From assembly GCA_004299465.1 (NCBI GenBank), contig SCST01000394.1:1-39936 (forward strand): DNA of 39,936 nt. Reading direction: 5' to 3'. The notes under the pieces are model-generated. The model was given only the letters and a program-made list of their open reading frames with translations, had not been told where the DNA came from and searched no databases. The position numbers and the translations under genes were made by a program. Below are positions 1 through 9,371 of the stretch, in pieces. Position 1 is the first letter of the stretch; each line of letters starts with the position of its first letter. The DNA comes from Methylovulum sp. (lineage in GTDB: Bacteria > Pseudomonadota > Gammaproteobacteria > Methylococcales > Methylomonadaceae).

Positions 1-1
1 T

Positions 2-148
2 ATGTCCGGCTTGCTGACCGATGCCGATTATGAATACGAATTAAACCACCTTTTTGATCGTTATCGGCGGCTACATGAAGAATTCACACAGATCGTCAAC
101 GAACGCGGCATGAATGTTCGCACAGCATTCCGTACGCCGCAAAAGTGA
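2..148 (+). CDS. Probable 3' end of a gene entering from the left edge (hypothetical)
   Basis: Open frame MSGLLTDADYEYELNHLFDRYRRLHEEFTQIVNERGMNVRTAFRTPQK with TGA at 146-148. Co-oriented with the downstream operon. Confidence 0.45.
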   Translation: MSGLLTDADYEYELNHLFDRYRRLHEEFTQIVNERGMNVRTAFRTPQK

Positions 149-200
149 CCGAAAAACAGCGTGTCAATAAATTTGGCCGAAATACAACCGGGAGACTCAC

Positions 201-560
201 ATGATAGACAAAAAAAACCGCCACGAACGGGCCAGACGGCTTTTCGACATCGAGGAACGCGAGCAGGAATTATCAGGTATCGCACACGCCGCGACGCGCG
301 ACACCGGGGAAACAGTAGAAACGCCATTTGGCGGCAGCCGGATCTTATCGCCGAACCTAAGCGATCTGGCACGGTATGCCGATGCCGAGATCCTCGCCAC
401 ACACCATCGGTTACGCGCGGCACATGCCCATGCCGAACGCCTGGCCGCCGAAGACCCAGAGCTGGCGAGGCTCAATGCCTTGGTTTACGGTTTGCCATCA
501 AAGTCCGCGCAGCGTGTTGGTGAGGTTATTGAAGGCGAAGCGACCGAAGTAGCGCCGTAG
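201..560 (+). CDS. Hypothetical helical protein, 119 aa
   Basis: GGGAGA RBS 5 nt before ATG, protein-like composition, operon context. Confidence 0.7.
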   Translation: MIDKKNRHERARRLFDIEEREQELSGIAHAATRDTGETVETPFGGSRILSPNLSDLARYADAEILATHHRLRAAHAHAERLAAEDPELARLNALVYGLPSKSAQRVGEVIEGEATEVAP

Positions 561-621
561 TTTTGCTCTGAAAGCGGCATTGTCAGCGAGTATTCACCGC
601 AGTTTTTAGGAGGAACAGCTT

Positions 622-1938
622 ATGAAATTGTTTTTAATGGTCATTGCTTGGTTCGGCGGCCGTAGTTTTCGTGAAATGAACGGCAGGCCAGTGCAGGAGT
701 ACGACACTTCGATTGCGGTTGGCATTTTCAGCTTGGTATCAACGGGTATGATCCTCGGCGGCCAATACTTGCTGTGGTCTCACCTGCCGCATACCGAGGC
801 TCATGCAATTTGGATCACCTTGTTTCTCACCACCCTCTATACGTTTTTTTATCGCAACGTTGTCCGTTGTTTGGAGACAATGGGGCTCTACGCGAAGGGT
901 TTCACCATTGCGGCGGTGTTGGGGCTCGTCGTCACCAACGCTTTACTGGCCGGTCACGAATGGGTAATTTTGGCGTTTAAACCGCAAGTCGAGGCGCAAG
1001 CGGCGACGAATGGTGTTCATGCTGTTACATCTTATCGAAGCGATTTGGAAGCCTCCCTTCGCTTGCCGCAGCTGCGCGAGGACCGTAAAAGCATCGGCGA
1101 CGGCATCGTCAGCCTCCAAGCGGAGCGCGAACGTGTCCCGGAATCTGTATCGGCGCTGCAAGACGAAGCAAAACGCTGCGAAGAAACGGCCAAGAAGTTG
1201 GGCTGGAAATTGAGTAACCAATATGACCCTTACCAGCGTAATTTGTTAAAAAACAAACTTGTCGCCCAAAACGCCCGTTGCCGCGCTACCCACAACGAAG
1301 CAGGACGCTTGCTGCACGAACACCAAGCAGATATGGATTCCCAGATCGCGGAACTGGATAAAAAACGCGGAGAAGTGGAGGGTCGATTGCACAAAGCCGA
1401 TTCCCAACAGCAGGCTACCTTCGAGCAAGCTTCTCCAGCGTTGGATGCCAGCGCCACATCTGGATTTGCCAGGCATATAGCACTCTGGGCGGCGGTCGGC
1501 AATGGGTTGGTGCCGACTTGGGCTGCTTTTGGTTTGATGCTCGGCGTGTTGGCACTAGAGGGCATGTTTTTCGCCGCAAAGTTGCTTTTAAAAGTCGATG
1601 CCATCGCCTGGGAGCGGCGGCACGACATTTGGCAAACCCATATGGACGGCAAGTTACGCCAAATGATTCGCCAAGCCTATTTCAGCCAAATGCACAGTAT
1701 CGTCGACGGATTGAAGCCAGCTCTTAGCGACGATCTTGAAAATTATGTGCGCAACATCGTCGTGCCTAGCTTGCGTATTGAAATGGAAGCAAGCGCTTTC
1801 GCGAAAGCTCACGCCAGCGTCGAACGTACGCAGAATAATAACAAACAAGCCGTGCCTGATTTGATTCGCGATTTATACGACTTGAAAACAAAACGCGCCA
1901 CTGTGTCGCCGCTGCGCTCAACTAGCAACAAAGCTTAA
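622..1938 (+). CDS. DUF4407-like membrane protein (3 N-terminal TM segments, long coiled coil, further TM)
   Basis: AGGAGG RBS. The TM/coiled-coil/TM layout resembles DUF4407 proteins (recognised from memory). Confidence 0.7.
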   Translation: MKLFLMVIAWFGGRSFREMNGRPVQEYDTSIAVGIFSLVSTGMILGGQYLLWSHLPHTEAHAIWITLFLTTLYTFFYRNVVRCLETMGLYAKGFTIAAVLGLVVTNALLAGHEWVILAFKPQVEAQAATNGVHAVTSYRSDLEASLRLPQLREDRKSIGDGIVSLQAERERVPESVSALQDEAKRCEETAKKLGWKLSNQYDPYQRNLLKNKLVAQNARCRATHNEAGRLLHEHQADMDSQIAELDKKRGEVEGRLHKADSQQQATFEQASPALDASATSGFARHIALWAAVGNGLVPTWAAFGLMLGVLALEGMFFAAKLLLKVDAIAWERRHDIWQTHMDGKLRQMIRQAYFSQMHSIVDGLKPALSDDLENYVRNIVVPSLRIEMEASAFAKAHASVERTQNNNKQAVPDLIRDLYDLKTKRATVSPLRSTSNKA

Positions 1939-1970
1939 ATTCCGATTGATACATTAAGAGGGGTGTACCC

Positions 1971-2288
1971 ATGCAGAAATTATTAGCCGGTTTTATATTG
2001 CTGCTAAGCGCAATGATACAAACCAATCCAGATAAGGACGAATTCGTCTTTTTTGTTCAGGATATTTTGATTGAGGAGAGCAAAAATTACATGTTTATGG
2101 ATATCCCCTATCATTTATTGGCACCGCTGCTGGTCAAGGAAATTACCGTGCATACGCAAAAACGAAATTGGGTAGTGTTTTCCTTATATAAACTTGAAGT
2201 AAATACATATCTTAAAGGTGTTTTTCGTGTCAAAGCACTAGGTGTGGCAAATAACTTTATTTTGTTGGGTAAGCCGGAATTGTATTGA
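1971..2288 (+). CDS. DUF4359-like small exported/membrane protein
   Basis: GAGGGG RBS. Hydrophobic N-terminus followed by TNP, then T.KRNWVVFSLY and LGVANNFI motifs. Confidence 0.6.
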   Translation: MQKLLAGFILLLSAMIQTNPDKDEFVFFVQDILIEESKNYMFMDIPYHLLAPLLVKEITVHTQKRNWVVFSLYKLEVNTYLKGVFRVKALGVANNFILLGKPELY

Positions 2289-2366
2289 AACCCGATCAGT
2301 TCGTATGGCACATTAGAGATAATATAATACGCCGCATGGTAGCCATAAATCATTCGGCGGAATACA

Positions 2367-2404
2367 GGAAGAGCTGGACAACTGGCTCTTCCCTTGTTTT
2401 ATTT
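2367..2404 (+). terminator. Candidate intrinsic terminator between convergent genes
   Basis: GGAAGAGC-TGG-acaa-CTG-GCTCTTCC stem followed by CTTGTTTTATTT. Confidence 0.5.
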
Positions 2405-2437
2405 GATTGTCTTGTTTAACCGCATCCAATATAAGCT

Positions 2438-3130
2438 TTAAATAATTGCGGTACTGGCCTTGGTAATCACCCATAGCACCGACAAATGAAGCGGGTAGAA
2501 AATATAAAATGCCCATTGAAACCGTGGCATTGGCACGGCTACAAAACAGGCTAAGACGACAACAGGAATGGCTACCAACGCCCAATAATTACCATTTATG
2601 ACGCGCATGGCGGCAAGTGCTGCTATTGTAATAATAATTGCGCTTAGGCTGGGTGTTTTGCAGTATGACGAGATTGCAATGCCGATGGTTATGCCGGGCC
2701 ACCAGAATTCAACCGATGAACCACCGACGATGAACACACAACTGGCTACGATGGTGCTGCCGGTTGTGTGACGATCCATCATATAAAGGGTGAGCGTCAT
2801 CACCAGTAAGGCAAACATGATGTTTAGCGGCCACCAGATTGCGACAAGACCGCCTAAACCGATGAATGCTGGTGTTGCAAGAGTACCGAAAAAGGCCAGT
2901 CGTTTTATGGTTCTAATGAACCCGCCGCGTTCCTTTGTGCCGGGTCTAGCCAAGTTGTAAGCCAAGACGAACACAAACAATGGCATCGTTAATCGACCCG
3001 CCTCAAATAAGAATGGTAGTGTTTCGGCAAAAAGGTATTTGTTGATGTGATCTAGCGTCATCAAAACCAGTGCCAGCCCTTTCAATGCCTCAATGGTGCC
3101 GTCCTTTACAAGCAGTTTAGGTAATTGCAT
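2438..3130 (-). CDS. trbP: TraX-family membrane protein (TrbP)
   Basis: LKGLALVLMTLDH, GRLTMPLF and FYIFYPLHL motifs; last gene of the trb operon. Confidence 0.85.
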   Translation of the reverse strand: MQLPKLLVKDGTIEALKGLALVLMTLDHINKYLFAETLPFLFEAGRLTMPLFVFVLAYNLARPGTKERGGFIRTIKRLAFFGTLATPAFIGLGGLVAIWWPLNIMFALLVMTLTLYMMDRHTTGSTIVASCVFIVGGSSVEFWWPGITIGIAISSYCKTPSLSAIIITIAALAAMRVINGNYWALVAIPVVVLACFVAVPMPRFQWAFYIFYPLHLSVLWVITKASTAII

Positions 3131-3132
3131 AT

Positions 3133-3145
3133 TTTAGCCGCTAAA
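3133..3145. promoter_or_regulatory. KorB operator OB
   Basis: TTTAGCCGCTAAA, exact IncP OB consensus, between trbN and trbP. Confidence 0.9.
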
Positions 3146-3155
3146 AAAGTGGCTG

Positions 3156-3764
3156 TTATTTGTTGTTGGCTTTGGCGACGATTTGCCGGGGTACATAGGA
3201 TGTATTTAATCCTATGCTGATCATCGGTTGGGTGTTTGCCGGAAGCACGGCTTTAGCCGTTTGGGGTGCGGGTGTTGCCAGCGCCGATAATGCGGCATTT
3301 ATTTTTGTCGCATCGCCGGACAGAAAGGCATCCAGACGCACCGCCCATTTACTAGCCATTCTGATCAAATCGGCTCTGTAGACTGCGTTGTGATAGGGCG
3401 TTCTTGAGTGATAATTGGCGGCCCGTGTCCAAAGGTCTCCGGTGTCGTTATTCAAGTGTCCATGTAATCGCCATGCGGCCAGGTCGTAGGCGTAGCAGCC
3501 TGACGCAGCAACATCAGCGGCTGTTATGCCATAGTGTGCGGTCAAGCCCTTTAGGTATCTGGTGTTAAACTGCATAGCGCCTACATCATGCGTCCCGTTC
3601 TTGTTGCGCACCCATTGCCCAGGCTTGCCAGCTTCTTTCTCCGCCACGGCAAGTACGATGTTTGCGGGTACATCGTAGTGAACAGAGGCGGCGATTGAGC
3701 AAACGATTCGTTCATGAAGATAGGGTGGCAATTCCGGCGGCGTATCAATCGGCATACAGGGCAT
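3156..3764 (-). CDS. trbN: Lytic transglycosylase TrbN
   Basis: ERIVCSIAAS..AVAEKEAGKPGQWVRNKNGTHDVGAMQFN..YHSRTP matches RP4 TrbN. Start uncertain (ATG at 3764 or 3755). Confidence 0.9.
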   Translation of the reverse strand: MPCMPIDTPPELPPYLHERIVCSIAASVHYDVPANIVLAVAEKEAGKPGQWVRNKNGTHDVGAMQFNTRYLKGLTAHYGITAADVAASGCYAYDLAAWRLHGHLNNDTGDLWTRAANYHSRTPYHNAVYRADLIRMASKWAVRLDAFLSGDATKINAALSALATPAPQTAKAVLPANTQPMISIGLNTSYVPRQIVAKANNK

Positions 3765-4101
3765 TCCGATAATCGTCAATGTTATCAAACCATTTTTTAC
3801 CCCTATAAAATCCTGAGTTTTGTGCAAAACGGGTTATTTTCTCGCTCATTTGCGGTGATGAGTTAGACACGGGGCATTTGTTTAAAAAATCAAGACGGTC
3901 TCGCGCCATCGTCGCAGCATCCCAATCCCATATATTGAAATAGCGTTTTAATGATGCCGAGCATTCACTCGGTAGTGTCGCCGACGATAAGCACAGTATT
4001 GCTTCGCATGACAGTTTGGTATCACCAGTTAGTTGACCGGCGTTAGTTTGTGTTGAGATGAATACAGCTATCAGGCCAATTAACATTCTTGACGGATTCA
4101 T
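3745..4101 (-). CDS. trbM: TrbM/KikA family protein
   Basis: Signal peptide, LTGDTKLSCEAILCLSS..ECSASLKRYF..RLDFLNKCP. Confidence 0.88.
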   Translation of the reverse strand: MNPSRMLIGLIAVFISTQTNAGQLTGDTKLSCEAILCLSSATLPSECSASLKRYFNIWDWDAATMARDRLDFLNKCPVSNSSPQMSEKITRFAQNSGFYRGKKWFDNIDDYRNALYAD

Positions 4102-4118
4102 TGCCGCGCTCCTTTGGT

Positions 4119-5573
4119 TTATGTGGGGCTGGTACGGTTACTGAATGCGGCGACTTCTGATTGAAGATCAGGTGCGTCACCCGCTAGGCTATCGCCGCCG
4201 AATGACGGCATCTCATTGTTGATAGCCGTGGCGACTTGTCCACCTAATGTTTGGTCGATTCGGTTCTGGGCGTATTCTTTGACTGATTCATGCTTATCTT
4301 TGGCAACCTGCCCCACGCCTTTAGCTAGATTTGCGCCGGTATCGACGGCGATTTTCGCCGCAGATGCAAGTCCCCTTCCCCCTTGGCTTCCTGATACTGA
4401 TTGGCTGCTTGTCGATCCAGAACCGGTTTCGCCAGATGACGTAAGGCCCATTGCTTTAGCGAGCGGGCTTGATTGCGAGCTACTTGATATTGATGAATTA
4501 CTACTCTGGTAATCAGCCAAACCAGCGGACATGCTCGAACTGCCGCCAGATGATGCGTAATCTGTGGAAGCTTTTTGGTACGCGGCCATGATGGCTTGTG
4601 TGCCGCCAGCCGCGTTGGCGGCTCCGGTCATGATAGCCGCGCCGCCTACCGCCATCGCCGCCCCAGCTACGCTGGCAGCCGCCATTGCCGAGCCAGCACC
4701 AAATCCGTTGCCCAGTGCGCCTGCGCCGCCACCCATCGCAAGATTGCCAATCATGGGTGGGACTTTGTTGGTCAAATGGAGCAACACAATGGCAACAACC
4801 AACATTACCCCCATTTCCTTCAAGTTCATAGCGGCATTCATATTGGCATAGTACGTCGTGACGAAGGTTTTTCCGATGCCTACCAGCAAGACCATCGTTA
4901 ACAGTTGTACGGCAATATTCAGCACTGTTTTGAAATACGCGATAGCCATGTCGGATGTCCAACGTGATCCGCCAAAACCAAGAAAAAACACCCCGGCATA
5001 GGCTAATATCCACCCGCTCACCAATAGCAATAGCATATTGACGCCAATCAAGGCCATAACAACCAGGATAATGCCGCTAATGAGGATGCCGACAGCACTG
5101 TCAAATGGCGACCATATCGTTGACTTATCCAGCACGGTAAAGAAAATACTAAAGCCAATATCAACAATCCCGGATGGTGACAATGCGGTGCTGATACCTG
5201 ATGCAGTGCCACCCATCGTTTTCATGGAATCAATGATGTTTATTGCCATAGTCGGGCCGTTTGATAGCAGCCACCAATAAAAACCGGTAAAAACCGTGAA
5301 CCTGACGAACTCGCCGTAAAAATCACCGATGTCGGCCTTGCGTAAGGCCAACATGCCGAATGTCCAAACCATTGAGATCGTGGCTAACGACCAAAACAAA
5401 AACGACGCTCGCGCTGTGATAGTCGTTGCCCATGCGCTTGCGGCATCCAAATAACTGGTTAGGACATTATCTAGCAAGCCCGTACTACTGATGGCGGCTT
5501 TTGCTTCAACCGAATAGGCAGAAAACAACACAATCAGCAAACAGGCGATGCTTTTGATAACGGTTGTTCTCAT
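4119..5573 (-). CDS. trbL: TrbL (VirB6-like) inner-membrane Mpf protein
   Basis: Polytopic TM core, Gly/Ala/Ser-rich tail. Start moved to ATG 5573 behind a GAGG RBS. Confidence 0.92.
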   Translation of the reverse strand: MRTTVIKSIACLLIVLFSAYSVEAKAAISSTGLLDNVLTSYLDAASAWATTITARASFLFWSLATISMVWTFGMLALRKADIGDFYGEFVRFTVFTGFYWWLLSNGPTMAINIIDSMKTMGGTASGISTALSPSGIVDIGFSIFFTVLDKSTIWSPFDSAVGILISGIILVVMALIGVNMLLLLVSGWILAYAGVFFLGFGGSRWTSDMAIAYFKTVLNIAVQLLTMVLLVGIGKTFVTTYYANMNAAMNLKEMGVMLVVAIVLLHLTNKVPPMIGNLAMGGGAGALGNGFGAGSAMAAASVAGAAMAVGGAAIMTGAANAAGGTQAIMAAYQKASTDYASSGGSSSMSAGLADYQSSNSSISSSSQSSPLAKAMGLTSSGETGSGSTSSQSVSGSQGGRGLASAAKIAVDTGANLAKGVGQVAKDKHESVKEYAQNRIDQTLGGQVATAINNEMPSFGGDSLAGDAPDLQSEVAAFSNRTSPT

Positions 5574-5583
5574 GCCGTGTTCC

Positions 5584-5823
5584 TCACCATGCTTTTTTGG
5601 GACTAGCGACGAAACTCCCGCGACGGATACATAAACCCGCGAACGCCTCCCTTGCCTCTTTGTCTTCAATCTTTTTAATGTTTTCTGTCATGCAATTTTC
5701 GTCATTAACCTCCGGTATCGCGGCTGTATTGGATGTGCCGGGGGTTTCCGTTGAGCAGGCACTGATTAAGGCAATGAAAAGGATGACTAAGGCCATCACT
5801 GAAAGTCTTTTAGCTATTATCAT
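5584..5823 (-). CDS. trbK: Entry-exclusion lipoprotein TrbK
   Basis: Lipobox ISAC, PEVNDENC..FAGLC..SPKKAW, position between trbJ and trbL, AAGGGGAG RBS. Confidence 0.88.
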   Translation of the reverse strand: MIIAKRLSVMALVILFIALISACSTETPGTSNTAAIPEVNDENCMTENIKKIEDKEAREAFAGLCIRRGSFVASPKKAW

Positions 5824-5837
5824 GTCGGTGTCTCCCC

Positions 5838-6602
5838 TTACCATGATACGGCTGGGCTGGCGACGAAGCTACCCGTGCGGATTTGTGCAGCGGCGGCGGA
5901 CTGTTGTGCTTCCTGATCCGCCAGTGCTTGGTTACGGGTTGTGATGGCGTTTTGCTGGGCGATCAATAGTCCGCGCATTTGCAACAACTGATTGGCTTGG
6001 GCACTGGCAAGTTGATTGGCATAGCCGATAGCCTGCATTTGGCCGGTCGCACTTTGGGCGCTCGCTTGTAACTGCACCAAGGTATTGGCGTCGTTTTGAA
6101 GTTCATTTTGTTGTTGGGCTAATCCTTGTATTGAGGCATTGTTGGCATTTTGTTGTGCGGTTGATGCCAGGATTTTACTGTTTGCAAGTGCCGCCCATTG
6201 AGCTGCCGTGCAACCCTCCGCACTAAAGCAAAGGTTATTTTGGTAAGACGCCGTATTTTGGTATTGGGCGAGATAATTAGTGAGATTACCGTAAGTGGCT
6301 TGGTAACTGCTCAAGGTATTGATAGTACCGAGGAGATTGCCTATCGTTGAATTTGCCTGATCCCATAGATAGGAGTTTGGCGCGGCGGTGTTTTGCAGCT
6401 CTGTCTTGTACTGGTCTAATTGCGTTGTGTACTGCTCGACTTGCTTGAGCGTTTGGGCGACATCTTCCAATGCCGACATTACGTTCTGAGTAAGGTTACT
6501 GCCGTCGATAACCGGGATACCGGCATGGGCTGGCATAACTTCACCGATCAACAACACGAACAACAGCGAAATTTTAGCGGCTAAAATTTGTAAATGTTTC
6601 AT
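5838..6602 (-). CDS. trbJ: TrbJ (VirB5-like)
   Basis: AHAGIPVIDGSNL, GQMQAIGYANQLA motifs; AAGGAG RBS before ATG 6602. Confidence 0.92.
   Translation of the reverse strand: MKHLQILAAKISLLFVLLIGEVMPAHAGIPVIDGSNLTQNVMSALEDVAQTLKQVEQYTTQLDQYKTELQNTAAPNSYLWDQANSTIGNLLGTINTLSSYQATYGNLTNYLAQYQNTASYQNNLCFSAEGCTAAQWAALANSKILASTAQQNANNASIQGLAQQQNELQNDANTLVQLQASAQSATGQMQAIGYANQLASAQANQLLQMRGLLIAQQNAITTRNQALADQEAQQSAAAAQIRTGSFVASPAVSW
6573..6585. promoter_or_regulatory. KorB operator OB inside the trbJ 5' end
   Basis: TTTAGCGGCTAAA within the 21-bp palindrome AAATTTTAGC-G-GCTAAAATTT (6569-6589). Confidence 0.9.
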
Positions 6603-6618
6603 GTTTTTCTCCTTGGCG

Positions 6619-8001
6619 TTAATAATCAAAAGACTGATAGGGTTTTGTGAAGGTCAAATCTTTGGTAACGATAATATTGAAACGGAAGCCCGGCCTGATC
6701 TCCAGCGTGGGCGCAATGTTCATGTTTTTTTGGATCATTTGCGCGGTCACATGCCCTAATTGTTGTCCCAAGGCTTGACTCAACGTGCTACTGGCATTGG
6801 GTGTGTAGACACCGGAACCGGTTGCCGTTGTTTGGTTTGACTGCTGGCTATACATAACGCCAGCGGTTACGGCGGACATAATCAGCGCCGAGCCAAATAT
6901 GCGCAGATAATGATTGTCAACAAGATCGTGGAATCCGGCATATCCGGCGCTGTCAGCACCGGGCATTGCGCCAATATCCATCGCCTTGCCGTCCGGGAAG
7001 ACGATACGCTGCCAAGCGACGAGTACACGCGCTTGACCGTAGGCCACTTGGCTTGAATAAGCGCCGACCAACCTTGCCCCTTGCGGAAGCAACAGATATT
7101 TGCCGGTTGCCGTGTCGTACACATTTTGTGCCACTTGAGCCATAATTTGGCCAGGCAATTCGGAATTGATCCCGGATATTAGCGTCCCAGGAACAACAAA
7201 ACCCGCTCTCAATTCATACGGCGATCTTGGGACTTCCATTTGGGCGTTGAGTTGCCAGCGGTCGCCTTGACCGTTATGGCCGAATTGTTCGGTAGTATTG
7301 GCTTCCGAAGAGGCTCCAGTTTTTATCAATTGCGGAGCGTTATCACCTTCACCGCCCTGCCCTTCTGGATCAGGCACTACGCCAGAATTTTGCAATTGCG
7401 CGAGTTTTATTTTGTATATTTCAGTAGGATCGGCATTGGCAGTCTGGCGAACAATCGCCGAATCCCTTGAATTGATGACGCCTCCTGGTGGCGATCCGGT
7501 GCTACGCGGAGCTTGTATTTGCACACCCGTATGCGCTTTAATCGCTTCTTGTAATTGTTGAAGTTTCATTTGCCGAATACGCAGCGTTTCGTCATTACCG
7601 GCGTGTGGTTGATTTCCCCCCATTTGATTGGGTGGCAACGGCGGCGCATCAAGATTGTCTGCCCGTGCAATGCTCAATGATGAAACATCTGGCTGTGGTT
7701 TCGACAATTCCGGCACAATTAAAGGTTTGGTTGGCTCGGCGGCGGGGATAATGCCGCTATTATGATTACCGGCGATTTTATCCGCGAACTTGTTTGTATC
7801 CCCCGTGTTCTCCTTGGCCTCTTTATCGGGTCTGTTCTGTTGATTTGCCCGATCCGCCGCAACAAGCATCATGACAATAAGAAAAACCAATACGGCTCCA
7901 CCGATCAGATACAAGGGCAGATTGTTAACCCGGCGAACACCTGACGCGATTGTATTAGGTGATGAATCTGGATCCATCTGTTGATCATGCACGCTTGTCA
8001 T
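6619..8001 (-). CDS. trbI: TrbI (VirB10-like)
   Basis: GVRRVNNLP, GINSELPGQIMAQV, WQRIVFPDG, PTLEIRPG motifs. Confidence 0.95.
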   Translation of the reverse strand: MTSVHDQQMDPDSSPNTIASGVRRVNNLPLYLIGGAVLVFLIVMMLVAADRANQQNRPDKEAKENTGDTNKFADKIAGNHNSGIIPAAEPTKPLIVPELSKPQPDVSSLSIARADNLDAPPLPPNQMGGNQPHAGNDETLRIRQMKLQQLQEAIKAHTGVQIQAPRSTGSPPGGVINSRDSAIVRQTANADPTEIYKIKLAQLQNSGVVPDPEGQGGEGDNAPQLIKTGASSEANTTEQFGHNGQGDRWQLNAQMEVPRSPYELRAGFVVPGTLISGINSELPGQIMAQVAQNVYDTATGKYLLLPQGARLVGAYSSQVAYGQARVLVAWQRIVFPDGKAMDIGAMPGADSAGYAGFHDLVDNHYLRIFGSALIMSAVTAGVMYSQQSNQTTATGSGVYTPNASSTLSQALGQQLGHVTAQMIQKNMNIAPTLEIRPGFRFNIIVTKDLTFTKPYQSFDY

Positions 8002-8004
8002 CGA

Positions 8005-8448
8005 TTAATTCTCCCTACGAGCCCAGGAACCGGCGGGAATGACGGTATCGTTTTGCATCGCGTAGGCACGGGACAGCGTATCGGTTCCTAGCATGATTTT
8101 GATGAGGTATAAGTTCTGGTAAGTTGTTGCAGGTACATCAATGATGTACCGTAAATTGATGCCCGCATCGGATAGCGGGTATTTTTCGTTAAATTCTTGA
8201 ACGGCATAGCCGTGGTTGCGTAGTGTTGTTATCAAACCAGCACCGAACAGGTCGGTTTTCGTTATGGCTTGACCTATATTGATTTTGGTGCTTGCAGGCG
8301 GATACAGCAATTCGATTTGTTTCACTGTGTCAGTTACCAATGTTGTGTTCAGTGTATACGGCGTATGGGATGTGAAGTTGCCATATTGCGGAGTTGCACA
8401 CCCGCCCATCCCGACAATAGCTAAAAGCAGAAGCGGCCAGTATTTCAT
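8005..8448 (-). CDS. trbH: Lipoprotein TrbH
   Basis: Lipobox MGGC-ATPQYGNF, LYPPA, position between trbG and trbI. Confidence 0.85.
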   Translation of the reverse strand: MKYWPLLLLAIVGMGGCATPQYGNFTSHTPYTLNTTLVTDTVKQIELLYPPASTKINIGQAITKTDLFGAGLITTLRNHGYAVQEFNEKYPLSDAGINLRYIIDVPATTYQNLYLIKIMLGTDTLSRAYAMQNDTVIPAGSWARREN

Positions 8449-9356
8449 GGCTGCTTCCCCTTTTGGATGGTAACGACATCCTGAGATGATCCCACGCCGG
8501 CAATTAAAATGGCTTTATCAAAAATCGTGTCCACTATAAAGCGGTCGCCCTGAACACGATAATTCACCATGACTGTTTCATCGTCCGTGAAAATACCGCC
8601 TTCTTTGCGGATGACCAGCAGTGTCGGCGCTTCGGTTTGCGCCATTGCCACAGGCATCTGGATGATGGTTTTGTGACCATCGTTGTAAACCCTGACCGGT
8701 TTCCAGGCGATGTCGCCGTCACTCGTGATGTCATACTCGAAATTCAAATCACCCAGATATTCGCCGGTTTTCGGCATGGTTTTCTCTTGACGTTCTTTTG
8801 TTTCACGATTTTTTGTAGCCTCCCATTTTGCCATCGCGTCTTCAGGGTACGAAAAAGCGACTTGTGGCATGTATTGCGTCCGGTGTGAGCGCAATTGAAA
8901 ATGGTAGGTGCGGCGATTGGTTGTCACCACTAAAGAAGTTTCCAAGCCGACATCCATTGGCTTAATGATGAGATGCTGAACCTCCGTTGAGCCGCTGCCG
9001 GTGATTGCCGGTTCTATCGTCCAGCGGGCTGTATCGCCCAGGTTAATCGAATTGACCTGTTCACCCGTTTGCAAAGCCACATCACACACTTGCAGGACGG
9101 CGCAAACAATACTCGGTTGTTGTGCGCCGTAGAGAAAGACAATAGCGCCGCCAGGGCCGGATACCGGTGCAATACCTGTTGCACTCGATGCTTTCCACCT
9201 TTCCGCGATAGCCAGCGCGGATTTCTCTTGTTTCGTCAGCTTTGGGTTATTGGTCGAGAAATATAGGTCGGCTAAATCTGGGTCACCGGGAGCCGCCGAT
9301 GCCATTTGCGCGGCAATCAACAGGATAGGCATAATCAGTGCTGTTAATTTTTTCAT
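8445..9356 (-). CDS. trbG: TrbG (VirB9-like)
   Basis: IVCAVLQVCDVALQ, GDTARW, WKPVRVYNDG, VNYRV motifs. Confidence 0.95.
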   Translation of the reverse strand: MKKLTALIMPILLIAAQMASAAPGDPDLADLYFSTNNPKLTKQEKSALAIAERWKASSATGIAPVSGPGGAIVFLYGAQQPSIVCAVLQVCDVALQTGEQVNSINLGDTARWTIEPAITGSGSTEVQHLIIKPMDVGLETSLVVTTNRRTYHFQLRSHRTQYMPQVAFSYPEDAMAKWEATKNRETKERQEKTMPKTGEYLGDLNFEYDITSDGDIAWKPVRVYNDGHKTIIQMPVAMAQTEAPTLLVIRKEGGIFTDDETVMVNYRVQGDRFIVDTIFDKAILIAGVGSSQDVVTIQKGKQP

Positions 9357-9371
9357 GGTTCCCTCTCAGAA

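Noticed and set aside
4350-4740. Gly/Ala/Ser low-complexity region in trbL as a possible overprinted gene
   Set aside because: Such tails are normal for TrbL, and no same-strand alternative ORF with an RBS matches the interval
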